Shown: positions 8,980-22,000 of the stretch, one piece after another
Layout of the letters: the number at the start of each line of letters is the position of its first letter
Numbering within the stretch: the stretch's first letter is position 1
Source: a virus
Taxonomy: Duplodnaviria; Caudoviricetes
Virus record (IMG/VR): IMGVR_UViG_3300017782_000029
Coordinates: 1 to 50,109 of that record
Length of the DNA: 50,109 nucleotides
Reading direction: 5' to 3' (one strand)
The notes under the pieces: model-generated
Database searches by the model: none
What the model was told of the DNA's origin: nothing
The model's input: only the letters and a program-made list of their open reading frames with translations
Translations under genes and position numbers: made by a program

Positions 8980-11272
8980 AAATTTAGAAAAGTATTTATC
9001 TGGTTTAAAAAGATTAGACGCTATAAACGTAGAGTCTATTTCTCATAGTGATGCTGATAGAAACTATCAATTATTTAATAAGAAAAACGAACGTAAAAAT
9101 TTAACAGACAATTACCTTAAAAATTTACCAGCTCAAGCTAAGTTTACAGGTATGCCCGTTAACAATGCACAGCAAGACAGAAGAGCAAGGATTCAAAATC
9201 AACAAATGGACCAGAAAGTTCTTCAAGAAGCTAACTTAAGAAATCAATTTGACCAAGCTAGAGGTCTAGGTGGAGATATAGGAAGAGAAGCTATACGAGA
9301 TGTAGCTATGAATAATCCGGGTGGAGTTGAAACTTTTAATAAAATGAATAAAGGTAAGATAACTTTTTCTGAATTAACAGGAGGCTTAGGCAACACTGTT
9401 CAGCCACCTCAAATGGACCCTACTCAAATGGCTCAAGCTAATTACTTGGTAGATGAGTTAGGTTATACCCCAGACGATATGAGGTCTAATCCAGCTTTAA
9501 AAAGAATGATGGATAACAACGCTACAATGCAATCAAGAGCTGAAGCTAACGTAGATAATATGATAGCTAGTGAAGATATTCAAAGACGAAACCAACTATA
9601 TACAAACACGATGATACGAAAAGCTGATGCAGAAAGAGCTGAAAGACAAGAGCGAGATAGGCAAGAATTATACGCATCAGCACCTAACTCTTATTATGGT
9701 CCGGGTATGAAGAGAGAAGACATACTTCAACAAGCTAATAACGCTGTTAAGTATGGAGAAAAAGATAATATTATGGCTATGGTCCAAGGAGTTATGGGTG
9801 GTGATGGTATAGAAAAAACTCAAGGTCTTATGGGTATGCTTAATATGAGAGCGGTTATGCAAACTGCTGGAGCTGATGATAAAATGTTAGCAGAATTTGA
9901 CGAGCTTGGTCATAGTGCCCGTATTGATAAGATGGGTAGAGACTATAAAAAGATGTATGGTGACGGACCATTAAATGCTACGCAATTAGCTGATAAAAGA
10001 AATCAAGAAAAAGAAGATATGAGACTAGCAAAACTTAGAGCTCCTGTTCCTGTAAAAGGTGCTCCAAAAAATAGAAAGTCTCCTTTAAAAGAAGCAATGT
10101 TAAAATCTCAACTATTTGCAGGTAGAATGGCTAAAGGTTTTAAAGATGATAGTTATAAACAATACGTACAACGAGGTGGCTATATAACCAAAGATGGTAA
10201 GCAGGGATACTTACTTGGTGGTTTAGCTATGGCTTTAGCCCCTTCGTTGATAGGTGCTGGTAAAACAGCTTTAGCAAGTAAAGCGGCTGGAGCGGCAACA
10301 GGTGAAGGAGGGCTACTATCTGGTGTTAGTAATATGCTTGGAGGAATGAAAGACAGGTATATGGATAATCCAGTAGCCGCAGGTAAACTAGAAAGTATTA
10401 TGTCTTCTACAGATAGTGAAGGCAATCCTATAGGAGAAGCAGAAGCTAGAAAAATAAGAGACGCTGGAGGAGGAAGTGCTGACCTTGCAACTACTATAGG
10501 TAGAGGTGCTAAAGAGTTTGGTAAAGATTCTTTAAGTGGACTTGTTGGCATAGGTCAAGGAATAGCTGGTGCAGGTGTTGGGGCAGGTAAAGCATTACAA
10601 GCTGGATACAAAGGACTTACTGATAATAAAGCATCTTATGAAGATTTAGCAAGTGGTAAAGAAAAAGGTAGTTTATTACAAAGGCTTGGTAAAGGTATGA
10701 GTTTTGCTGGTAATGTAGTAGATATGGCTAACGAAGATATGCCTTTTTCATCAATGGGACAATCTGATGTACAATTTCACACTGGTAAAGATGGTGCAAC
10801 AAAACCAAAACAACAAGGTTATGTAAACGATGCTGATAATATAAAGCTACCTGAAACAGATATGCCTCAAGACCAAGTAAGTAAAGATATTCAAGATGGT
10901 GAAGTAGGGAAGCGTGGGGTAGAAATGGAAGGAGTAGATGGCAAAGTAATACCTGCCGCTATACTTGATAAAGTTAAAGATATGGATAGCTTAAAAAGTT
11001 TAAAACCTGAGCAATTAATGACTGTACAAAAAGCATTAGGTGGAATATCAGTTGATGGAAAGTTTGGTCCAGAAACTATGGGAGCAATGCAAAAGTATTT
11101 TGACAATGCAAATAGAGCACCTGTTGGCTTACCTGCTCCTGAAGCAACTCCACCACCTCCGCCACCAGATGCAGTATATGACGATAGAATGATGAGACCT
11201 GACTTACAGCAATTCCAAGAAGGTGGTTTTATAAGTAAACTTAGAGCATACCAAAACGGAGGATTAGTCTAA
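8969..11272 (+). CDS. Internal virion (ejection) protein with C-terminal peptidoglycan-binding domain
   Basis: Gly/Ala/Met-rich; VQKALGGISVDGKFGPETMGAMQKYF matches PG_binding_1 pattern. Confidence 0.7.
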   Translation: MADKNLEKYLSGLKRLDAINVESISHSDADRNYQLFNKKNERKNLTDNYLKNLPAQAKFTGMPVNNAQQDRRARIQNQQMDQKVLQEANLRNQFDQARGLGGDIGREAIRDVAMNNPGGVETFNKMNKGKITFSELTGGLGNTVQPPQMDPTQMAQANYLVDELGYTPDDMRSNPALKRMMDNNATMQSRAEANVDNMIASEDIQRRNQLYTNTMIRKADAERAERQERDRQELYASAPNSYYGPGMKREDILQQANNAVKYGEKDNIMAMVQGVMGGDGIEKTQGLMGMLNMRAVMQTAGADDKMLAEFDELGHSARIDKMGRDYKKMYGDGPLNATQLADKRNQEKEDMRLAKLRAPVPVKGAPKNRKSPLKEAMLKSQLFAGRMAKGFKDDSYKQYVQRGGYITKDGKQGYLLGGLAMALAPSLIGAGKTALASKAAGAATGEGGLLSGVSNMLGGMKDRYMDNPVAAGKLESIMSSTDSEGNPIGEAEARKIRDAGGGSADLATTIGRGAKEFGKDSLSGLVGIGQGIAGAGVGAGKALQAGYKGLTDNKASYEDLASGKEKGSLLQRLGKGMSFAGNVVDMANEDMPFSSMGQSDVQFHTGKDGATKPKQQGYVNDADNIKLPETDMPQDQVSKDIQDGEVGKRGVEMEGVDGKVIPAAILDKVKDMDSLKSLKPEQLMTVQKALGGISVDGKFGPETMGAMQKYFDNANRAPVGLPAPEATPPPPPPDAVYDDRMMRPDLQQFQEGGFISKLRAYQNGGLV

Positions 11273-13041
11273 TGGCTGAGATTAAACAAGCTAGGATTTC
11301 TGGATACTTAAACCCGGATATGCCTGAAGAAGATTTACAGGCAAAAGCTATACAAAGAAAACAAGCCGCTATGCAAGAGGCTATGGGTAAGTATCAGATA
11401 TCTAACCTTAAAGAACAGCAAAGGGTTATGGGTGTTAACAGAAAATCTGAAGACTGGTTTAATCGTAATGCTGATATGTTGTATAGTCAAAGCTCTGACC
11501 CTCTTGTAAAAGAATCACAAAAATTTAGTGACCCAACAAAAATGGCTGATTTATATAAAAAATATCAAGCTGAAGTAGGTGGTAATTTTGCACAATTCCA
11601 GCAGTTTGTTGAAGTTGGTAAAGCAAATGAAGCTAAAAACAATTCAAGAAAACTTACTATGTTAATAGATGAGTATGGTGAAGATGCACCTGAATTAATT
11701 AACAAACAATTAAGAGGAATGGAAGATGGTGAAAGAAATCAGTTGTTTGGTATGTTGGATGATGATACTTACTCTAGACTTGCTGAATTGTACGATGTAG
11801 ATGAGAGCTATAAAGTTGGAGACTGGTGGGAAGAAAACTATGGAAAAGTAGGAACAGGTGTAGGTGTTTTTGGTGCGGCTATGTATGCGGCTAAAAGAGG
11901 AAAGTTTGGTGCTCTAAAAGAAATATTTGGTGGTAATTTATCTTCTGAAACTATTAAAAAAGTAGCTAATGCTGGTAGTTGGAAGAATCACGTTAAAGAA
12001 TCTAGTAAAGCTTGGAGAGGGTTAAATCCTAATGCAAGTAAAAAAGAATTTGCTGAGTGGCAAAAAGATATATTGTATGGTGGCAAGGGAGAAGCTAAAG
12101 CTAAAGCCGCTTGGAAAAACTATTCTGATTCTGGCGGTAAAGGAGTTGGTTCTGATAATAAAAAATTCAGTGCTGATAGAGAAGCTAAGAGAATAAAGAA
12201 TTTAAAGAATAGAAATATAGCTCCTAAAATGAAAGGCAATGTAGCTGTGCAGGTTGTTCCGGGTCAAGGTGTAAGTTCAGTATTACCTCCGACAGTAGGT
12301 AGTCCTTATAGAATGACTGCTGAACAGATAAGAAAACGAGCAATACAAAACAACAATGAGTTAAGAAGAATTAAGACACCAGAGAAATCTTCTGATGTTA
12401 AATTTAGCGGTGGTAAACAGGGAAGTTTATTTGATGAAGCTGACCACGTTATACCTCAAAGAAAGTTAGCTATGCACAAAGCACAAGTTAAAACTATGGT
12501 AGCTACAGGAGAAATGAGTCAAAAACAGGGTAAAATAGTAGATGATGCTATAAATTCTATGGTGCAAAAAGGTGAAAGAGTTACTAAAAAAGGCTTAGCT
12601 AAAGTTATATCTGAAACACAAGGTGGTTATAGCTTACTTGATAAAATTGCTAATAAAGAAATTAAAGGTTTTAAACTATTTGGATATGGAATAGCAGGGG
12701 CAACAATGGGTGGCTTAACTATGGGAACCATAGGTGGAGCTATTGGTGGTGATACCGGTGAAGAAGTAGGTGAAATAGCAGGTACAGCAATGGGTGCAGA
12801 GATGGCACCAAGAATGCTTAAACAATTACAAACCTTGGTAAAAGAAAAAGGTTCTAAGCATATAATGGATAAGATAGTAAAGAAAAAGGGAAGTGCTTAT
12901 CTTGCTGGATTAATGGCAAAAGGTGCTTTAGGTTCTTTATTTAGTGTAGGTACCTATGGAATAGGTAGTGTAGTTACAGGAGCTTTTTTAGCTAAAGATG
13001 TTTACGACATTTACAATATATTAAAAGAAGATATAAATTAA
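11272..13041 (+). CDS. Internal virion (ejection) protein with glycine-zipper membrane segments
   Basis: GIAGATMGGLTMGTIGGAIGG and other Gly-rich hydrophobic helices; directly upstream of giant virion protein. Confidence 0.65.
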   Translation: MAEIKQARISGYLNPDMPEEDLQAKAIQRKQAAMQEAMGKYQISNLKEQQRVMGVNRKSEDWFNRNADMLYSQSSDPLVKESQKFSDPTKMADLYKKYQAEVGGNFAQFQQFVEVGKANEAKNNSRKLTMLIDEYGEDAPELINKQLRGMEDGERNQLFGMLDDDTYSRLAELYDVDESYKVGDWWEENYGKVGTGVGVFGAAMYAAKRGKFGALKEIFGGNLSSETIKKVANAGSWKNHVKESSKAWRGLNPNASKKEFAEWQKDILYGGKGEAKAKAAWKNYSDSGGKGVGSDNKKFSADREAKRIKNLKNRNIAPKMKGNVAVQVVPGQGVSSVLPPTVGSPYRMTAEQIRKRAIQNNNELRRIKTPEKSSDVKFSGGKQGSLFDEADHVIPQRKLAMHKAQVKTMVATGEMSQKQGKIVDDAINSMVQKGERVTKKGLAKVISETQGGYSLLDKIANKEIKGFKLFGYGIAGATMGGLTMGTIGGAIGGDTGEEVGEIAGTAMGAEMAPRMLKQLQTLVKEKGSKHIMDKIVKKKGSAYLAGLMAKGALGSLFSVGTYGIGSVVTGAFLAKDVYDIYNILKEDIN

Positions 13042-13044
13042 AAT

Positions 13045-16000
13045 ATGGCAATGCAAAAGGCACCTTGGGAGCCTAAAGCCAATAAAGAACAAACTCGAGA
13101 ATCTGTAGTTAAGTATAGGTTACAACCATCTCTTTGGGAAGGTAATGAAAAAGAGATAGAGAACCTGCAAAAACACGCAGAATATCATCGTATTCCTTTT
13201 GCTCGTTCTAAAGAACATCAAGATAATATGATAATGGGTAGCTTAAAACAATTTGCTTCTGGCTGGGGTGAAGGTTTTAGTGCTAATATAATACAAGGAG
13301 ATGACGAACCTGACACTACTCCAGAAAAAATAGCTAGACAACTTGGTAGTTTAGCAGGTTTCTTAGGCTATATACCGGGTTCAAAATTTATAAAGCCTTT
13401 ACAAGCTATAGCTAAATTTACTCGAAACAAATCAATTCCTATGAGAGTAGCAAACAAAGCTACTCAAACAATGTCTAAAGCGTATCCCACATTAAAAAGA
13501 GACGCTCCTAGTATTGCTAAAATCTTTTCATCTGAAAATAAAATAGGTGATGTATTACAAGGAGCTTTTCATCTTGGTATAGCTAGTGGTGTATCTGATT
13601 GGAGAGGGATAGTAGATGAAGGTATGCCTAGAGCTTTAGAAGCTGTAGGTTGGGGTGGTGTTTATGGTGGTGGTTTTAGAGCGTTAGGTAATATGCCGGG
13701 GTTTGGTAAGAAATTACAAGCAACTCAATTAGACGCCTCTACTGGATTGCCTAAGCTTAAAACATTAACTGGTGGTCAGTTATTTGATTATTCTGTTAGA
13801 GCGGCTGTATCAGGTATTGTATCTAAAGAACTAGCGGAATATCAGCACAATGGTCCATTACCTCTTGAACAAGAAATCTATGAATATGTAATGGGTGCCG
13901 CTTTTAGTTTTAATGACACTCCGTTACAAACAAGATTATCAAGAAAAGCTATACACGACACTATTAAGAATAAGTATGGCTACGAAGAATCTTTTGGTAA
14001 AGTACCGGACCCTGAGCTACATCCTGAATATGACACTTGGACACCAGAAATGCAGAAGTTTGTAAAAAGAGACTTTGATGCTTGGTTTGGTGCGGATTCT
14101 GAGGTTAAAGCGGCTACTTTAATGTTACAGAATCAAGCTATGAAGAACGAAGGCTTAACACAAAAAGACATTGAAAAAACAATGGATGAGATGGTTAAGA
14201 AAAATATTGATAGTGCAGAGCTTAACCCAGAAGGAGAGCTAATAGACCCTGTATTAAAATCAGATATAAAAAAAGTAAAAGATATTATAAAAGACAATCC
14301 TAATAGTGAAGAGTATCAAGACCTTGATATGCACATTAATCAAATTGATAACTTACCCGGTAAAATTTCTGGAGGTAAAGGATATGTAGATAAATACATT
14401 ACTCCAAGAACTGGTAAGAGTACTATGGCTGATAGGTTAGTAGAGTCTTTAAAAATAGCTAAAAAGTGGGATGAATTACACACTACTGTACAAGGTATAG
14501 CTAGACCTAAAGATGGTGCTGTTAAAGAAATGATTGACTTTATACAAAAAGAGTATAAACTAAACAACATAGAGCAAAAAGAAATAGACTGGTGGAGAAA
14601 CTGGGCTGAGCAAACAAGGAAGAAAAGATTAGTTTTACAGACATTTTTTGCAGATGGTGAAGTAGGTTTTGTAGATAAGGGAGTTAGTCCTACAGGAGAG
14701 AAGAAAGAACTTTTATTTGAACCACCTAAAATGCAAGAGATTTTTAATAATATAAATACCAAGCTTGGTAAACCTCAAGAGAACTTTTATACGATAGCTG
14801 ACTTCTTTGTTAGAAAAGGTGAGGAATATGGGTTTACTGGTAAAGATGTAAGAAGATTACAAAACGCATTAGATAAAACTATTGGTCCTGATGGTAAACC
14901 AGCTAAAGCAAAAAATGTTATACGTATGGTTAAGAGTAAAATAGCTAAAGACTTAGACCAAGCTGGTTATTATTATACTGGAGGTCGTGGTGATAAAGCG
15001 GCAATGTACTTTGTTAAAAAACATCCTATGGTAGACCCTGCTAATAGACAAAAAGATTTAGATATGATACAAAAAGCTTTTGAAAACAATGGCTTTGATA
15101 AAGGAAAATTTTCTAAACATTTATTAAAAATGGGTATAAAGTATAAACAAAAATTTAGAGGGGTTAACGACAACTATTATAAAGACTCCTTGATAAATAA
15201 TATATACTACGACATACATAATAACTTCGGTTTTAATGTAGCACAAAAAGATATACCAGCAATGCTTAATAAAATGTTATCAAGTAAAGGTTTTATTAAA
15301 GATGCTAAAGCTTACAATAAAAGAGCTCAGATATGGTTTAACTCTGGTCAAACTACAAATACTAGAGTAGCTAACGAATATTTAAAGTCTTTTAAAGCAC
15401 GATTTAAAAAAGAATATAAGTTACCTAGAGACTGGGAGCCATTAGAGTTTGTAGGTAAGAAAAAAGATGAAGCCAGTTTGGTTATTTGGGATGATAGCGT
15501 AGGTATTGACAAAGATAATTTTAAAGCTGATAGAAAAAATATGGAAAGACCTGAAGGTTTTGATGGTGGTATACCTGCATTGCCTGAATTTATATATGCT
15601 TTAAATAAGTCAAATGGTATAACAAACGAAGGTAGGGTCAACAAATCTTTTATCGTGTCTCCTAACGCTAAATATGGAGCTATGTTAGGCAAGTATATGT
15701 TCTTTGAAGCTTCACCAAAGTTGCAAGAAGCTATGAGGAAAAAAGGTATACACGCATTAGCACCAGAATCTGGTATAAAACAGATGGGATTTAGAAAGTT
15801 TGGTAATGTAAATGTTAAAGGATTTAAGGGTGCTGGTGATAAAATTGAAAGAATAGATTTTGAAGCTCAGGTCCGAAAACTATTAAACAATAAAGGTCTT
15901 TTTATAAATGCAGAAAATGCTAAAGTTGGCGGTAAAAAGTTGCCTCAAGAAAGAATAGGTGATATATATTTAATGCCAGAAGCCAGAAATAAAGGTATTG

Positions 16001-19000
16001 GTTCTAAGTTTGCTGATTTAGTAGAAAATTACAAAAGGTCACAAGGATTAAGAGATATACAGATAATGGCTGTAGGTGGTAGAAAAAAGGAAGGAACAGA
16101 AAAACACGACAACATAAATTTTTGGAAAAAACAAGGTTATAAAGTAACTGGTAAAGCGGTCCCAGTTAAACTAGGCAATAAAGTTCTTAACCCTGAACTA
16201 AGAGGCAAAACAGTATATGCCATACCTATGTCAAAAGATATACAAGGTGATATATGGATAGAAGGACCTAAATACAATATACCTTTAAGAGACATAAGGA
16301 CTATCTTAAGCGAAACGACTTCAACAAATGATTTAGTTGGTGCAAAGTTTGCTAAGCAAATGTGGTCTACGATAATGCACTTTAGTAAAGATAAGACAAA
16401 TCCAGATTTAATTAAAAGTATGTCTGATGAAATAATTAAAAGGTCTGTAGAAGGTGATTCTGAATTAAATAAAGCTTGGGATGCTCATATAAAAAACCCT
16501 AATGATGTGTCTGAAAGAAAAATACTTGAAGACATAGACAATGTTAGTTTAGAAAAATTAGCAGAAGCTGTTACAAATACTAAAGATGAAGGGTTTGCTA
16601 GTAGAGTATACGATAAAATTATACAAAAGAATATAGAAACTACCAGAGAAACAGCTAAAGAAGCTGAGATAGTAAAAGATGAATATGCAAAAAGTCTTGT
16701 TGAGGTTAGTGAGTTTGAAGGTATACTAGATAGAGTTGGAGAGCTATACCCTAAAGGTAACCTTGGTTTTTATATGCACAAGTTTGCTAAGAATTATAGA
16801 CAGAATGCTGTTAAAAATTATATTGTAGATAGGATAAGTAGACCTAAGCTAAAGAATGGTATGAAAGCTAGGATGAGACCATTTGACCACGGAATGTGGG
16901 GCAAGATAGATATAGATGACAGACAAGATGTTTTTTATTTAGATGATGGAGCTAGGGCTAAAAAGATATACGACCCGTTTTTTAACGGCGGGTATGAAAC
17001 GCTTGGTAAAATATGGGATGAATACAATAAGAAAGATAACGGCATATACAAAGAGAACAAAGAGCTTATCGAGGATATACTTGAAGGTGTAGCAATGAGA
17101 GTTCCTATGGACTCACAAAGTGGTGCACACGCATTAAAGTTTGGAGGATTTACTGGAGCAAAAGGTCAAGGAGTATTATTACACGGAAGGGTTATGGATG
17201 CACTTGGTGGTGCAGACCTTGATGGAGACAAAGCTTTTATATTTTTTGGTGGTAAGTCTGGTATGTGGAAAGAATGGAAAGAAATATACAAAGGTCAGTT
17301 AAATGAATTTGTAGATAAAGATGGAAATCAAATACCAGCTAAGAACGAAGACGCAAGAAAACAATTTGTTAAAAGTGATAAAGAATTAATAGAGATGAAC
17401 TCTAATCCTATTAGTAAGTATGACCCTAATCTTAGAGCAACTATGAGTGAAGCGGCTTATGAAGGCAGAGAAACATTAGGTGGAGCTGTAACTACAAGAC
17501 AAGCTTTAGCTTCTGCATACGATGTTATAAGACTATCAGAAAGCACTGCTTACGGACCAGTAAAATATGTTAAAGGTCAGTACCTACCTACTATAATACA
17601 AAAAGGTGCGTATTATTTCCCGGTTGAAACAAAACAAGGTAAAGTAGCTTATGTAAAACAAACGCCTAAAAAAGCTATTGAAAGATTTAAACAATTATCT
17701 AGAGCGGCAATAAACTTAGGAGCTGACCCTATGGATGAAATGGGCATTAGGTCTGCCTCTGAAATAAAACAAATACTTAATGATAGTTTATTTAATTATG
17801 AGTTTATGTATCATAAGAAGGTTGGTAAACTAGATAAAGAAAGATATATATTTACTACTGCTAGTGATTTAAATAGAAATACTACACCATTAAAAGAAAT
17901 GCTAAAGAAATTTAGTCAAAAAGGTTTACATAGTAATTACTCTCAAGCTAACAATGTTTTATATGGTCGTGATTTTTTAACTGGAAACAAGTATAGTTTA
18001 GGTGATATACAGGCAGGGGTTGGTTCTATTGATTGGGTTCCTAGAGAGTCACAAAGAAATTTATTAAACTTTATTGCAACGGAATATAAAAAAATACCTT
18101 ATGAAGATAATATATTTAGAAGGCTAGACTCTGAAGCTTTAAATCAACTATATAGCTCAAATAGGAGAGAGTTCACAGATAGACCTGAACTATTAAAACT
18201 ATTCGATAGAACAAGTATGATAAGTAGACAAGGTCCTTTAATGAGACAGATTATATCTAAGAGGTTATACAAGTTAGAGAATAGAGTAAGGTTAGCTAAT
18301 AATAAATCTGAGTTCTGGGATTTATTTCATAGTAAATGGCATCCACAATATGATGCACAAGTAAATGGTCAAAAAAGAGGAGTGATGGGGAATATACCTA
18401 GTCACTTGTATGGTAAGTTTGTATCTAAAAAAGCTAACACAACAGTTAAAGATAGGTTGCAATACTTAGAATATAAATTAAATCAAGCTGAAGATTTCCT
18501 AGTAAACGATTTGAGCGATATGTCTTCTATTAAACATATACTAAGTGTTAGAGATGCGGGAAATGTAAGTGACGAAGATTTTAAGAAAGTTAACTTAATG
18601 GTTAACGCTTTAAAAAATAGTTCTTATTGGGTTAAGAAATCTAGAGATGAGTTGAGACTAGACATACAAAAAGTTGTAGAAGAAACGGGTGATAAAAAAA
18701 CAGGAGAAGGTTTCTTAAAGTATTTAGGGCTTCAGAAAAAAGGTGGAGAGTCCGCTAAGAATCAAACAGAAATTGATAGACAGATACTATTTGACAAAAA
18801 GGCATTAAAGAAAGCTAATTTACAAAATTTGTATGACTCTATGGTACTTGGAACTTTTCAAAGAACAAACAAAAAGTTATTAGAATTTTTAGATAGAAAG
18901 CCTAAACTAAAAAAGAATGAAGTTAAGTTTAAAGAAATGCTAAGAAAGAATGGTCAAAATACATCATTAATGAGAATAGGTTTTGCTAGTAAAAACGTTA

Positions 19001-22000
19001 AAGACGAAAGCATAAGACAACATCTTGATGAATATAATAAATTATATAAAGAAATAAATCCTGTACCAAAAGAAGAAGAAACATTTATAAAAGATGTTTC
19101 TAAAAAAGCTGAAACTACTACTAAAGCAAAATACAAAACTGAAACTGGTGTTGTAGAAAATAAAATTATAGAAGCATCAGACCTTGATGAATCAGGTAGG
19201 TATTTTATGGATTATATTGAGCCTTGGGCTGGAGGTAAAAAAGGTAAAATAAAAGATAAAGATTTATTAAGTACAACGTACAAATTAATGAATCATTTAA
19301 AGCATTACCATAACTTAGACTCAAGAGACTTTAACGGTTTGTTTCGTAGTATGTTCCAAAAAAATATTAATATGGCTACTAAACAAGATTTTGAAAGTCT
19401 TGAAAGGTTCTTTCAGGATATGAGAGATGGTAGTACTTGGACTAGATTTATTAGTTGGGTTAGTGGTAAGAAAGATACTAGACCTGAAATAGAAAGAAGA
19501 TATTGGAATAGATTTCCAGAAGCTAATCAAAGAGAGTGGTTAAAATATCCGGGTATGGTAAAGTGGAAAGCTGATGTTACGCCGTTTAAAGATAGATTTA
19601 ACAATAGTATTATGGGTAGGTCCATAAGACCTACTACCGTTATTGGTGATTTACAAAACTTTGCTTGGAAAGGTGCTGAGTTTTCTTTACAAACAAGTGA
19701 AGAAGAAACTAATAGATTAAGAGATGAGTTGGCTCCTTACACTCAAACAAATGAATTTGGTAATGATTTCCACAAGATTGCAGTTTCTGTAAGAGAAAGA
19801 GGTATGGTTCACGCATTAAAAGAAATTATGGGTGATGACCCCTTACTTATGTCTAAGCAACAAGCTTATATGGATAATTACAACGAAGTTCAGCCTTTGT
19901 ATAAGAAATTAAAAAAGAAAGTATTCCCTATACCATTGAAAGATGGCACTGTTAACTTAACTGGTGAGCAAATAGTAAAGAATATTAACGATATTTACAC
20001 ACGAAAAAACAAAGCTTTAGAGACTATGATTAATGGTGATGCTGATTGGTTTGATAATTTTACTAAGGTTGCTTACGATAGAAATGGTAATCCTACTTGG
20101 AAAGGTTTAGATGCTTTATATAATAAATATTTAAAGTATTCTAAAGAAAAGTTTAGGAGAGGCGAAAGATTTGATATTAATAAGTTTGGTATTAACGGAA
20201 TGCAAGAACTAAACAAGTTAATAAGTTTAAAATTCTCATTACCAATAGCTAAAAGAAATACCAAGCTTTTAAAAGAGTATGCTGGTAAACTTGGTCTTGG
20301 TAAAAAAATTACAGAAGTTTGGGATTCTGAGTATTATTTTCCTCACGTATCTTTTGATAGAAAGAATGTAGATGCACAATTATCTAAATCTCTTGATTCA
20401 ATTTTTGCAAACAGTAAATTATCAAAGAAAGATAAATACCAAGCGGCTAAAAAACTTATCTATCAGTCAAAAACAATGACTGGTGATTGGGCACCAAAAT
20501 CTATTAGTGAAGAAAACTTTGAAGCTATGCAAGACGTTTATCAAAAAGCGGCAGGTGATAAGAAAAGAGAAGGTGCTAAACAAATATTACCTTTAGGTTT
20601 TAAGCAACCATATAGCCAATATCAAAGAGATTCTCATTTAGCTGGATGGTCCCGTGATGCTGAAGCTTATGAAGCTAATATCAAGAACTTGGTAGATTCG
20701 TTTTATAAAGAAAGTATGCTTACTTTGTCTCGGTCTCATATACAAGAGTTTTATAGAAAATTTAGAAAGCAAACCAAAGACAAAGCATTAGCTACTAGAT
20801 GGGCTAATTTTTTAAAGCTTTATACTCAAAGTTCTATGGGTTATCCTACAGATATTCCAGATGCTTTAATAAATGATAAAAAAATGAAATTAAAGTGGAC
20901 TCCTTATATGTCTTTTGCTGATAGTAATATGAGAAATAGGATTGAGTCTATTCGTGATAAGCTTGGTATAACAAGTAAAGCACTAAAGAAATATGATATA
21001 TCTAAAGAAGATGCTAAAGAATTAAACGAGTATAGTCAAAGTAAATTACAATTTTGGAGCGGGTTAGAAGCTAAGTGGCAAATGGCATCACTACTTGCTC
21101 ACCCTAAGTCTGCTATTACTAATTTATTTGGTGGTCAAATACATACTGGAATTAGTGCAGGTGTACAGAACTTAAAAAACGCTAGAGATATTGATTATTT
21201 AAAAACAAATGTCAATCCCGAATGGCGTAGTATGAGAGATGTAGAGAAATGGGTTGAGGGTTTAGGTATTGTTGAAGAGTTTTTATTGTATGAAGCTGGT
21301 ATGAATAAAGAACTTCGTGGTCGTAGAATGGAATCTTTTATTAGAGATTTTTCTAGAAAGTTAAAAGGCAAAGAAGATTTAAAAAATACAGAGCTAACAG
21401 CTTTAATAAAGAAACACAAAATTACAGATAGTATGTGGAATAAAGCATCTTGGTTTATGCGTAGACCTGAAAGAACTCTACGTAGAGACGCTTTTATAGC
21501 ACACTATCTACAAGCTAAAAAGAATTTTGGTGGTGCTATAAGAGATTATGACCACCCTTTTTTAATAGAGATGGGTAGGAGGGGAGTTAAATCTACACAG
21601 TTTTTATACTCTGCTCCTTTTAGACCAATGTGGACTAACAGTGCCTTGGGTAGGGTAATGTCACGTTTCCAGTTGTGGAGTTGGAACTCAGTTCGTTTTA
21701 GAAAAGACTTGTTAAATGAAGCTAGGTTAAGAGGGTTTACACCGGGTACAGCAGAGTATAATCGTGCTAAGCGATTAGTTACTGCTGACCTTATGGTTTA
21801 TGGTTTATCTAGTATGTTTATGTATAGTCTTTTTGATAACGCACTTCCAGCTCCTTGGAATTGGTTTCAAGATACAGCATCAGCTATGTTTGGTGACGAT
21901 GAAGAAAGAGAACGTGCTTTTTTTGGTCACCCTGCTGGACCACTTTCTATAGTCAAGCCTCCTTTGTTTAGATTTGACCAACCTATATACGAAGGATTAG

